A stretch of 64,000 bases of DNA, taken from assembly GCA_964187785.1 (NCBI GenBank), contig OZ076409.1, positions 52,950,001 to 53,014,000 on the forward strand. The letters run 5' to 3'. Below the pieces are notes generated by a model. The model ran no database searches. It had not been told where the DNA came from and saw nothing but the letters and a program-made list of their open reading frames with translations. Source of the stretch: Amphiscolops sp. MND2022 (Eukaryota). How positions within the stretch are numbered: the stretch's first letter is position 1; each line of letters opens with the position of its first letter. Positions 25,959-37,625 of this stretch are shown in pieces. The translations under genes were made by a program, and so were the position numbers.

Positions 25959-26816
25959 CTTTGAAACAACCAATCATGTGAACTTACTTCACTTTTAATC
26001 AAAAAGTCAATGTGTCTCCAAAAAGAATGTACTTTCCACTTTCTGGGCCTCGTATTCATTCAAAATTGAGTCCTTTTTAGTCTTTCAAAAATTACTTGAA
26101 CTGAACTTTTCCACATAGTACATGAACATTGATTGATAAAAGACCGATAGCTGACAGGGTTTGTTTGCCAATGCCATGGTCAACAATATAAAAATAAGTT
26201 TTTACATAGTGAAATTATTTTGACAAATTGTGGAACTTTGCAATTATGAAAGCAGTGTACCTGGATTCGACATTAGATCGAAGCTGCTGCTGCTGATACT
26301 CTGAGTCATTCTGATAGTCTTGTGTCTTCCGGAAGTAATCCACCTAAAAAAGCTAAAAAAGCTTAGTCTAAAGGTAAATATTGCATAGATTTTTCGAACA
26401 CTGGATTGCCCATATCAGTTGTAACATGGGTTGGTTTATTATAGCCAAATGATTATAATCAACTTGATTAAAACTATTTTTGTTATGGTTGATTAAAATC
26501 AACCCAAATAGGCCAATTTTTCGACATGGATGGGTTATTTGATCTACAATTCCACAGTTTCTGACTTTTGGTGCAAGCACTGGACAATCGGAATGCGTCC
26601 TCATTACTTGTTCATCCGAAGAATAAAATCCAATTCGGAGTAGAAAAGCCCCAAAAACTTTGTTTTCTTATCCAATTTTAGTCTTTATTTTTCAAAAATA
26701 ATCTGTTTTCTGCATGCTAATTTCTATTAATCAATTCAATTTTGATTTTAAACACTCTAATCGGATTAAAATGATTAGAATACTTTAATCCGATTAAAAG
26801 CCAGCCCTGGTGTAAA

Positions 26817-27691
26817 CCCAGTGTTCGAAGCCATGGAACCCTTGCCATGATCATGGTAAATCTTGCTAAATCATGGTTAACCATGGTACCCTTGTCAAGA
26901 TCATGGCAAGCCATGATACATGGAACGCTTGCCAAGATCATGGCAAGATCTTGACAAGATAACCATGGTAAGACATGTAAGCTGGTATTAATTGTGCATA
27001 ATTTATTCTTTTCGCAAAAATTCCTTGTCGTCTGTAATTTTTGAATTAGCCCATTGTAATAACTTCGGACATAACATTTATTGATCGAAAATAAGTTTTT
27101 AATTGAAATTTATCCAAAACTTGCTCAATAATTTGCTACACCTATTGACCGAGTTTTGTTACTTGAGAGCACGGCATTGTTACTACTATCATAAATTATC
27201 ATACAAAGCAAACTCCGAATTAAGTTATTGCAACTTGCGCGTTTGCGATATCGGTGTGAAAACCAACTTTACTAGCTATGATTTGTTTACTATTATGCAA
27301 ATCATGCTACTACCTTATCTATTAAGGTAATGGTTCTAATTACTGAAGTTCGAGAATGCAATACAAACTTAATGGTCGAAGCAAAAACATTTTTCCTTTA
27401 ATGTCTTGAGTATCAGTTTTTCTTCTGTTTAACCCTATAAAGGTCTGTTTTTTGGTCCGAATAAAATTTTAGATACTAGTTACAATTTGAAAATAAGAGC
27501 TCTGAATTTTCGCTAATGGTACCATGGAACCCTTGCCAAGATCATGGTTAATCATGGTTAGCCTTTGCACGATCTTGCATGGCCATGGTATCCTTGCCAA
27601 GATCATGGCAAGATCATGACAAGATCTTGGCAAGGCTAGCAAGGAACTTGCCATGGATCTTGGCAAGGGTACCATGGCTTCGAACACTGGG
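26817..27691. mobile_element. CMC/EnSpm-like non-autonomous element with subterminal ccttgccaagatcatgg repeats
   Basis: TIR cccagtgttcgaagccatgg / ccatggcttcgaacactggg; aa on both flanks (possible 2-bp TSD). Confidence 0.8.
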
Positions 27692-27704
27692 AAGCCACTC
27701 ATTT

Positions 27705-28264
27705 GGTTGGGCGACAATTCGTCCCAAGCGACAATTCGTCCCAAGTGACAATTCGTCCCAAATTCCAAAAAGCGACAATTCGTCCCAAGCGTCAATTCGT
27801 CCCATTTTGAAAAGGCGACAATTCGTCCCATTTGTAAAAAGCGACAATTCGTCCCAAATTGTTTAATTGATCAGCTAATTACCAACCTTTTGAAGGTTGA
27901 AATGAAAGAAATAATCAAACCAACTACCAATGAATTCATTCAACCACGTGAGAATAATTAGAAAATGTTGCATTTTAACGTACTAGTCGTGGAATGTTAA
28001 AATTAATTGTTGGCACATGCCTCTAATTGTAATCTTTCCGGATTCATTATTACAAAGGTCTTTATTGGCAATTAAATTGGGGATAAATTGCAACTTTTAA
28101 TAATTGGGACGAATTGTCGTCTTTTCACAATGGGACGAATTTTCGCTTGGGACGAATTGTCGCTTTTTGGAATTTGAGACGAATTGTCGCTTGGGACGAA
28201 TCGTCGCTTGGGACGAATCGTCGATTGAGACGAATCGTCGCTTGGGACGAATTGTCGCTTTACG
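27705..28264. mobile_element. Foldback/Mutator-like MITE with arms of tandem gcgacaattcgtcccaa repeats
   Basis: Inverted tandem arrays; perfect 9-bp TSD cactcattt (27696-27704, 28265-28273). Confidence 0.88.
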
Positions 28265-28611
28265 CACTCATTTAGATTGATCCTAAATTCAAATTTTATA
28301 TTATATAATTAATCGTCAATTTGGTAAAAATCAACAGCTGTCTTGATATATTCAGAGGCGAAAGACTGCATTGCTTACACTAGCGGAAGGCTCATATGTG
28401 TCGCTTTCCTTCAAATTTTCATGACACGAAACTTATTTTCGTGTAGCTAATTTGTACCAAAGAGTTAAACCTCTCGATAAGGAAAAAGGCTACGAGGAAC
28501 TTTGGCTTCGAGGAATCGCTTTGTTTCTGTATAATTCGTGTTGAATGAAATAAATGGGGATCGGAAATTTTGTTATAACAATGTTTATAACAATGTTATA
28601 ACAAAATTTTG

Positions 28612-29015
28612 TTATGAAAATCATTGTTTCGGTATGTTTGGAAGCGTGACAACAAGCAAGGAACAAAGGCTATGAGGAACTTTGGCTGAATTCTTTTGTT
28701 TCTGTTCAGTACATTTCGTGTTGAACAAAATAAATGGTGGATGAATAAATTTTTCTGCTTGAATAAAATTGAAATATACCAAGAGATGTATTTTGGAGGG
28801 TTATTTAAACATATATGTTTAAATAACCCTCCAAAATACATCTCTTGGTATATTTCAATTTTATTCAAGCAGAAAAATTTATTCATCCACCATTTATTTT
28901 GTTCAACACGAAATGTACTGAACAGAAACAAAAGAATTCAGCCAAAGTTCCTCATAGCCTTTGTTCCTTGCTTGTTGTCACGCTTCCAAACATACCGAAA
29001 CAATGATTTTCATAA
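28612..29015. repeat. Perfect spacerless palindrome, 404 bp, centre catatatg
   Basis: 202-bp arms are exact reverse complements; identical ORFs on both strands. Confidence 0.97.
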
Positions 29016-30790
29016 GAAAAAAAATGAAATAAATGTAGTAATTTCATCTGTTTCTATGAAAATCACTGTCTCGGAGTGTTTGGAAACACGCAATAGTGTA
29101 CACTATTGCGATGTCTGCAGACGTCTGCAGACATCATGTTATGATTTCCGAAAGAAAAACATGATTCCGAAATGCTCTGTTGAAACTACACTAGGGTACA
29201 AAAACTAAAAACTTTTGATTTCAAATCTCAAACTGCCATAAATTTGCACACAATCAAAAGACACAAAAGTTATTGGAACCATACTTTCGCAAATTTCAGT
29301 CAAAATTACTGGGGTATTATTTGTTTAGAACTCACACAAAAACTTCAAAAGTTGATAACTAACAAAAGTCTTCGCTAATTTTTAACTTTTGTTTTTTTCT
29401 CGAAATTCAACATGCAGTATCTCGAGAACCGCTGTTGATTTCTCGTTTTGAAAATTTCCGTCAGTCAAGTGGGTTGTCTGCAGCTTCCTGGTACCATAGT
29501 GTATCGTGATAGCAAGAAATTTTGCCATTTATTATTTTCTGCTTCAGTCAGTTTATATGCTCGCTGTAAAATATCAAAGAATTTTTTGGCTTCAATAAAT
29601 TTTTAACATCAAAAACCTGCAAATATCTACAGAGTCAATTAAAATTCATTTTTGGTATATGCTCTGAGACATCTCATGTCATATGACTTTATTTTAAGCA
29701 TTCACGATTAGTGTTTTTGTAATTAAATATCTTTTGCTTCAGCAACACTGAAAGTTTATGTTAAGCGTCAATCCATCAGTTTTTGTTAGTCCAGGAGCAT
29801 TCTTGCGTTACTTCGAAATTTGGCTTTTAATGCCTGCCATATTTGGTAAAATTCTCAAAGCATCGATCCAAAAAAATAATCAATTTTCGTGACTTTGCGA
29901 CCGTTGCAGAAGATGAATTTTAGACAAAGAAAAAATGTTCAAAGCATGACTAAACTTGTCTGCCGAAACTTCAACCAAATAAAATTAAAATATAACGCTT
30001 ATGACGTCAAACTTCTCTAGAAATAATAAAGCACTTTTAGGCGGCTCAAATTCGTAATTATTCGGTTACCTTTTTGAACCTTGTTAGTTGTTTTTGCACT
30101 CTCGGCGACTCAGGCTGGGACTAAAAAGTGACCGAATAGAGAACACGTCTGTCTAAATTGAACTAGAAGTTTTAAGAGCTAGCGTAAGGCTATATTTATC
30201 TTGAGAAGAACGATCTCAGTAACTTTGATATATAGAGTACCAAATTCGTTGCAAAGTTGCGCTGTGGTGTTTAGTTGGTTCTACAACTCAAATGGAGAAA
30301 TAGTCAAACTTGGTGACTGGTCCATACCTGCCAGAAACCGAATCGACGAACAGTGACTGTCGGTCAATTTTGAACGCGTGTTCGTGTGTTCTCGAAGTAC
30401 CAAAATCTGGTGAAACCACGGACAAATGGAGTTTGAAACTAAACCACAACTACTGAAGCACAGATCAATATAAACGCAACAAAAGTATCGTCCGTCACGT
30501 CGGCGCATGACACAACTTTTCAAATTGTTACGTCAGATATGTATATTCATAGACCAAATGATAGCACGGGACAAATTTCATACAACATTAGACGACAAAA
30601 ACTTAACAAGACTTTTACTGATGTTGATTTTAAAAATTCATGAACCTGCGAGACAGTCGATGAAAACTCAAGACAGAAACGAATTTCTTGCTTCCTAATA
30701 TCCTGTAATGACTGACCGTTTTTGTTATATCGACGCTTTTTAAAACGTTGACCTCATTGTATTATTTTCGTACTCATCGTTGAAAAAATT

Positions 30791-31780
30791 ATGGCAGCCA
30801 ATGAGAGAAGGAAAAAAGAAAAAGAAAAAAAGACCAGTGCGATTATTCCAGTCATTGGAAGACCACGAATAAACATGGTCTTGGACGTAGCGCATGTTTT
30901 AAGTGGAGGTGTGGCTGGTTGTATTGCAGAGCTTTTCAGCATTCCTTTAGACACGCTGAAGGTTAAAACTATGACTAATCAGGTCAAAATTCCATCCTCG
31001 GTTACAAATCCTTTTGGGAAGTTAGTGAAAGTGGCTACCCTTACTTACAGCAAAGAAGGAATCAGGGCGTTTTATGGGGGCCAAGTTTGCATCTCAGCTG
31101 CTTTTCAACGACAGATGGTTATGGCTTCCGTTAAGTTTGGATGCTACGACGCTGTGAAAAAAAGATACTGTAATTTTTTTGATGTCAGCCAGAACCCAAT
31201 GGAAACCCCAAAGTTTGTCAAAATTATGGCAGCCAGTACTACTGGGATGATTGGAGTCTTGGTCGGACAACCAACGGATGTTGTGAAAGTGAGGACCCAA
31301 GCCAAACTTGATTCCTACAAATCTACAAAACAGGCCTACAAAGATATTTATAAACACGAAGGAATCCGGCATGGCTTATGGCGCGGGACACTCCCGGGTG
31401 CATTGCGCAACATGGCTGTCAATTCGGCCGAAATTGGTGCTTATGACATAATCAAGAGCTTCATATTACGCAACAAACTTATGGAAAACAACTGGCCGTG
31501 CTTTGTATTTTCCTCTTTTTGTACTGGGTGCATTGCCACAGCGGTTTCCTCTCCCTTCGATGTGATGAAGACAATCTACACTAATGCCAAACCGGGGGAG
31601 TATCGAAATCTTCTGGATTGTCTAGTGAGAACATGGGAAAAAGGCGGAATCAAATCCTTCTATAAAGGGGCAACCTTCAATGGGTCGCGCTTAGTTGTGT
31701 GGAATATCGTTATGTTTTTCTCCTTGGAAAAGTTACAACTTGCGGTTGGAAATGCCAGAGGACGAGTTAATGCTACTTAG
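30791..31780 (+). CDS. UCP2: Mitochondrial carrier (SLC25), uncoupling protein UCP2/UCP3-like; intronless; alternative start at 30875
   Basis: Three carrier signatures PLDTLK, PTDVVKVR, PFDVMK; UCP-type segments QRQM..ASVKFGCYD, STTG..QPTDVVKVR.QA, GLWRGTLP..RN..VNSAE..YD.IK, FYKG..RL..WNIVMF. Exact orthology within UCP1-3 not established. Confidence 0.9.
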   Translation: MAANERRKKEKEKKTSAIIPVIGRPRINMVLDVAHVLSGGVAGCIAELFSIPLDTLKVKTMTNQVKIPSSVTNPFGKLVKVATLTYSKEGIRAFYGGQVCISAAFQRQMVMASVKFGCYDAVKKRYCNFFDVSQNPMETPKFVKIMAASTTGMIGVLVGQPTDVVKVRTQAKLDSYKSTKQAYKDIYKHEGIRHGLWRGTLPGALRNMAVNSAEIGAYDIIKSFILRNKLMENNWPCFVFSSFCTGCIATAVSSPFDVMKTIYTNAKPGEYRNLLDCLVRTWEKGGIKSFYKGATFNGSRLVVWNIVMFFSLEKLQLAVGNARGRVNAT

Positions 31781-32517
31781 AACAGCATAACCCATTCCAT
31801 TATAAATAATAATTTTTGATACCTTAGTTAGATCAAGTATAAGTATGTATAGTAACTAATTTAGACTTTTTAAATGAATGGTTTCAAATGACTACTCATA
31901 GTCAATTCAATTATGATCATGTATCTGTAACAATTTTGCATACTATCTATGCAAATCTGACTACTACACTATATACCAGAGGGTATAGCCAGAGTTAGCA
32001 ATGAAATTCCGGAGTTAACAAACACATAATCCTTAGATATTCAAGCGATTCGAGGCGAACTTTGGTATTAGCGGTGTTAGAACTCTACTTGAAATCGCAA
32101 AAATACATTTCAACAAGCTGAAAAATGTGATATGAAAAATGCGACATCCTATGAGCGATATCAATACCGCCAAGATGTCTATTGTTCAGGTCATATCTAT
32201 TTTATATCAATTATTCAGTAGGAGAGGGGGTTATTGTTCAAAAGAACTACTAAACGAGTAGAGTTGCTATCCGCTACCATCTGCTATAACGTCTAGAATC
32301 TTGGAAGCGAAACAATTATTACAAACATACCACTTAGTAACAATTGTGACCAAGTTGTTAGTTAATAATTAGTCGTTTCACTTCCAAGTTTCTACGTAGA
32401 CTAATCTATGAGCCGTATGTAGATTCCAGAAGACTGATTGAAACCATAGGATTCAAGAGACTATAGTTTTCAACAGTGCTGATAAAAAATGGACCAGTTC
32501 ATTTTGAATCAGCTAAC

Positions 32518-32710
32518 CATTGTGTGAGATTCATTGTCAATTTGAGAGTTCCGCTTGAGGAATTCTTGCTGCAGGGAATGATGCTCGAGGGATCGTATCT
32601 CCAAGCCATGTTTGAGTGATTTAACTTCGTTGGCCAATAAGGACAGAGCTCCGTTTACTTTTCCTCGTTCATTAGACCATTCTTCAAGCGACTGGGAAAC
32701 CGAATTCAAC
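32518..32710 (-). CDS. Putative internal exon of the coiled-coil host gene (LNSVSQSLEEWSNERGKV..IDNESHTM)
   Basis: Acceptor tactgcatAG, donor GTtagc, 193 nt (phase 2 to 0); joins in frame to exon 58414-58529. Confidence 0.6.
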
Positions 32711-33099
32711 CTATGCAGTAAGAAAGCCCATTAGATGAAAAAAATCACTAATTAAAGTTTTCTTCTCAATCATTCGAGAGCCGACTATAACACCAATCTA
32801 CGAAAAGTAAAGTAAGTTGTTTGACAAACAAAGCATCAGATAGGAAAGCAAAAAACATTCAAAAGATTTTTTGAAAAGCTCTCGAGAAATTGTGAATTGG
32901 GTTTTAAAAGGCTGGATTTCAGTAAATTCAGATCAATTTTTTTCAAAACGTCAAAAATTCCCAGTTTTTTCTCAACAAAGATCAAGTTGTTAATTTCCGA
33001 GGCTATTTTAACATTTAGTTAAGACTGTTCATATATATGGAAACTAATTGTTATTAAAATTGTTATTAAATATTAGTAAAAGTTTCAGTGTTGATGAAA

Positions 33100-35070
33100 T
33101 AAATTTGCTGCTGTTTGAAAAAATATAAAGAATGGAAGGTCAGCTGGTAATGATGATATGTTTCCGAAGTTTCTTAAGTATGCACTCGAGAAACTAGGAG
33201 TTGTGATTACGAAATTCTTTATTGACATTCTTGATAGAGGGGAAGTCCGATGATTGGGCACTTTCAGTGTACTGCTCAAAAATTAAAAAATGCGATAGAA
33301 AAGACATAAAAAACAAAGGAATATCTATCGAAAATTTTTAAAGTAAATTGTTAACCGCTCTTCTAACGAAGAGAATTCAAAAAGTTCTAGCAGGCAGACG
33401 AGCGTTAGGAATAAAACAAGCAGGTTTTAGGGAAAAGACGGGGTGTACTGATCACGCTTTTGACCTTTATACGATAGTCTCATTCTATTTATTTAGCCCA
33501 AAAAAAGACTGCTGGTCACATTCATTGACTATGAGAATGCGTTCGATCGTGTTGAGCATACTTTACTCTGCATGAAGCTGGCTCCATGTACGAATAATGG
33601 GAAGTACTGTCAGTCATAAAGAACCTTTATGAAAAATCAAAAGCGTGTGTAAAAGTTAATGATGGTCTCTTACGTGGTCTCTTACTGATGTTTTTGAATG
33701 CCGAATAAGAGTTAGGCGAGGTTACAAGCTATAATCTCTACTCTTCATCAATGACTTTCAAGTCTTTGTCTCGTCGAAACTTCAACCTGATGTTTTAGCC
33801 TAAAATGTACAATGTTTTTTGAAGCTTTTTGTGCATCTGTACGCAGATGATACACTGCTGTTACACGGAACAGAGAAAGACATGCAGAAAGCAGTTGAGG
33901 CGACCTTGCAAGCAAAAGAGAATCTTTATAAATATTGATAGAACAAAGTATACGATTTTTTTAGGGGTAAAATACTGAAACCAGTTCCCGTCCTTGCTGA
34001 TGGTAAAGTACTTACGTGTTGCCACATTCTGCTACTTGGGAATTGTCTTTCGGTGTAACATTACGTTTCAAGCAGCAGTGAAATATAACACTGATAAAAC
34101 AAAAAAGCTTTGTTTAAAATGGAAACCCTGCTTGGTAAAGTTGATCTAGAGTTTGAGACAAACGTACATTTTTTTGACACTATGGTTTTATCGATCTTGA
34201 TCTATGGGTGCCAAGTGTTGGGTTTTGAAAAAACTGAGCAATTTGAAGTTTTCCTTACGAGTTTTCAGCGACGTGTTTCACGTGTACGGAAAAGTCTCCC
34301 AAAAGGTATGATATATGGTGAACTAGGACGGTTTATTATTTAATAATAATATTATTTTTTATCTGGAACATAAAAATTTATTATCTGGAAAAGAATGGCT
34401 AACTTCTGGAGAAAAGTCAAAATGCAACCAAATTCATTTTCATGTATAGGGTTCCAATGGATAAATAACAATAACCGGATAACGGCGTGTCACCAAAGAA
34501 ATAGGCGAATTTTGATGAACTGTGGTAAACATTTTGTCGAGATCTATTCACGCTATATTGCTGATGATGAATTTAAGAAGTTTGTGATAGACAGATGAAA
34601 CGAACTTGCATTTCAATCGTGGCAAGCTATACCAAACAATTCGATCTGTGACAACTACCGATTGTATGACCATCGATTGGAACTTGAAATTAATGAAGAG
34701 TCCAGCGAAATGGAGAGTAGTTGACTTCAGGTGTGCTCCGTCAGCACACCCCAAAGTAACAATGAGATATCTAGGCCTTCTGGCAGGATAATGTACTCTA
34801 TGTGGGCTGCCAGGAACTCCAGATGAGTACCATCTACTTTTTAAGTATAAAAGTTTTAAATTACACGTAAGATTCTTTTACCAGGACTTAATCACTCAAT
34901 CCCGAAAGTTATCAAGTATGACCAGCTGATGAATACCAATTATATAAAGCTCTTGAAAGATCTTTGTTTTATGTGGTGCTATCCATGACATGCTTCTTCA
35001 CACTTCAGCTGGAACAATGTTTTAGTTCATGAAATTTGTAAGGCTGCTGGCAACAAATAATAATAAAATC
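33100..35070 (+). mobile_element. 5'-truncated, decayed non-LTR retrotransposon (CR1/L2-group-like RT and C-terminus)
   Basis: KNGRSAGND; QAGFR; LYADD (33840-33851); YLGI; ILIYGCQV; MIYGELGR; CTLC..DEYHLLF; ends in a short taa repeat. Confidence 0.85.
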
Positions 35071-35162
35071 TTCTTGTTCTCGATCACATTCTTGCGTTTC
35101 GATCCATGATCAGCCCGTGATGCAACCCGTCTTCATTCATGGCCTTTCTCGCCATGGCCATC

Positions 35163-35311
35163 ATTTATCAAGGATTGATTTGGAATGAACCCACGTTTAA
35201 AGGTCGTGGCTATCCATCAAAGATTCATCGGTACACGGCGTACTGATGAATAATGAATGGAGAGCCACGACCTGTATTCATGGGTTCATTCAAAATCAAT
35301 CCTTGATAAAT
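35163..35311. repeat. Imperfect ~150-bp hairpin (small MITE-like)
   Basis: atttatcaaggattgattt..aggtcgtggct..ttcatcggtac / gtactgatgaa..agccacgacct..aaatcaatccttgataaat. Confidence 0.75.
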
Positions 35312-35833
35312 CAAAAGAAGATGACAGAATAATAATAATGTTGACACGTGTTTGATAAAATTGCTTCGTGGTTCGTGATAAGGGAGCAGCCAACAAATTC
35401 ATCAACGTGAACGTCAAATGAATACGTTATACTAATTAAAGATGTATGGAAAATATTTGGTCAATAGAAGGACCATGCGGTAGTCATTGTGTGATATGAA
35501 TGTTTTTCTCTCGCATAGTCATTTTTATGACTGAAACATTTCATATAAAAAAATTGAAATTTTTTGACTTCTTTTCCTTTACATAATTGTGCCTTAACAA
35601 GTTCGTAGCAATCAAATTATAACCAATCTCTGTTATCCCTGAGATGAGTTATGGAAGGAGGGATTCATACCTCCATGGATGAAGAAGTCGTGTTTGACGC
35701 CCGTGTCTCATCTTGCCACGTCCTTATTATTTTTAACGAAAACTTTAGATATTCGGATTTATTGAATTCATAAGCACAAAACCACCAAACTATTGGCCAG
35801 TGTTTGAAATTACAGCGTTCTAAAAAGAAGTTC

Positions 35834-37155
35834 CCCGTACTGACAACCCATGGTAACCCACCACTGGCTATTGGTGGACCACTGATGGTCACTGCTGAGG
35901 GAAAATTGGCTAATGTGGACCATCGGATGAAAATTTCGAAACTGAAAATTTTGTTCAAAATTTTAGCAACTGAATGATTCATTAACCGAAATAGATTTAG
36001 ATGTTTTTCGTGCTCCTAAGCGTCAAAGCTAAACAAAGATGTGGGAATTATCAGGACCGGTTCTGAAGTATCTTTAAATTCTGTTTGCAGTTTCAGAAGA
36101 TCGTGTCCGAAAGAATATTTCCACTGGTTTTTCCAGTGAATTTAGATCTTATTCCAGTTTTTTTTGGAATTTTAGATCTTATTCCAGTGACGACTGATGG
36201 TCACCGCTGAGGGAAAATTGGCTAATGTGGAACATCGGATGAAAACTTCGAAAATGAAAATCTTGTTCAAAATTTTAGCAACTGAATGATTCATTAACCG
36301 AAATATATTTAGATGTTATTCGTGCTCCTAATGCGTCAAAGCTAAACAAAGATGAGGGAATTATCAGGACCGGTTCTGAAGTATCTTTAAATTCTGTTTG
36401 CAGTTTCAGAAGATCGTGTGCGAAAGAATATTTCCACTGGTTTTTCCAGTGAATTTAGATCTTATTCCAGTTTTTTTGGAATTTTAGATCTTATTCCAGT
36501 GACCACTGATAGTCACCGCTGAGGGAAAATTGGCTAATGTGGACCATCGGATGAAAACTTCGAAAATGAAAATTTTGTTCAAAATTTTAGCAACTGAATG
36601 ATTCATTAACCGAAATATATTTAGATGTTATTCGTGCTCCTAATGCGTCAAAGCTAAACAAAGATGAGGGAATTATCAGGACCGGTTCTGAAGTATCTTT
36701 AAATTCTGTTTGCAGTTTCAGAAGATCGTGTCCGATCTGGTTTTTCCAGTGAATTTAGATCTTATTCCAGTTTTTTTTTGTAATTTTAGATCTTATTCCA
36801 GTGGTTTTTCAGTAAATTTACATACACCAGAGGTTTTTCAGTGATTTTAGATTTTATTCCAGTGGTTCTTTGGTAATTTCAGATGTTATACCTGTGGTTT
36901 TTCAGTGATATTAGATCTCATTCCAGTGGTTTTCGGTAAATTTAGACTTTATTCCAGTGGTTTTTTTCCAGTATTGAAACATTTTGTGGTAGCCATCGGT
37001 GGGAAAAAAAATTTCTCCTATTGGTGATCCACCCTGTCCTCAACAAAATGTATAATGGCCACCGCGACGGCCAACGTTGGGGCTGCGATAGGAAGTGCGG
37101 TGGCCACCGGTGGGGCAGCGATGGGAAGTTCTGTGCCCTGGGTTGTCAGTACCGG
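35834..37155. mobile_element. CMC-like non-autonomous element holding a 312-bp x ~3 tandem array and ~30-bp subrepeats
   Basis: TIR cccgtactgacaaccc / gggttgtcagtaccgg, tc on both flanks; units start at 35881, 36193 and 36505; ttagatcttattccagt repeats to ~36975. Confidence 0.8.
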
Positions 37156-37625
37156 TCACTTGAATACTCGTAATTGAAAATTGTAATAGAAAGTTCTAGG
37201 TTAGTTTTTTTGTTTCTCTTTCAACGAAGAAACGGTGAAATTAATAATTTTTAGTCATCGATTTCTGTAATCTGTAGTCTCTACCAGACTATAGTTTTGA
37301 CTAATTTTTGAAACACTCGCAATTTACACATCAATAAATTTTCATTCTGAAAGAACTGAAATTTTGATTTTTTGGTTCGATGGACTACTGCCACGGAATA
37401 CCGATCACAAGGTCTTGGGTTCGAAGCTGGACAATTTTTTGTGATTTTGGGTGCATAAGGATGGTTCAGTCAACTATAGCTATTCAATGAATACGTTCAT
37501 TTTTTGGGAATTAAATATAACTTTCAAGCGACACTTGTTTTTCAAATCGGTCGAAGAGACTAAAAAAGTTCATCAATAACCGTAAGATTTGCAGAAGGCT
37601 GAAAGATTCTAAAGAAGAAAGATAA

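Noticed and set aside
25985..26082. Missing phase 0-to-2 exon of the coiled-coil gene (TKKDSILNEYEAQKVE..)
   Set aside because: No donor gives the required phase before an in-frame stop.
26155..26809. hAT-like element with CAGGG..CCCTG ends
   Set aside because: The inverted match is very short and there is no TSD.
28596..29208. Identical ORFs on both strands (also 25370-25778)
   Set aside because: By-products of the perfect palindromes; no protein motifs.
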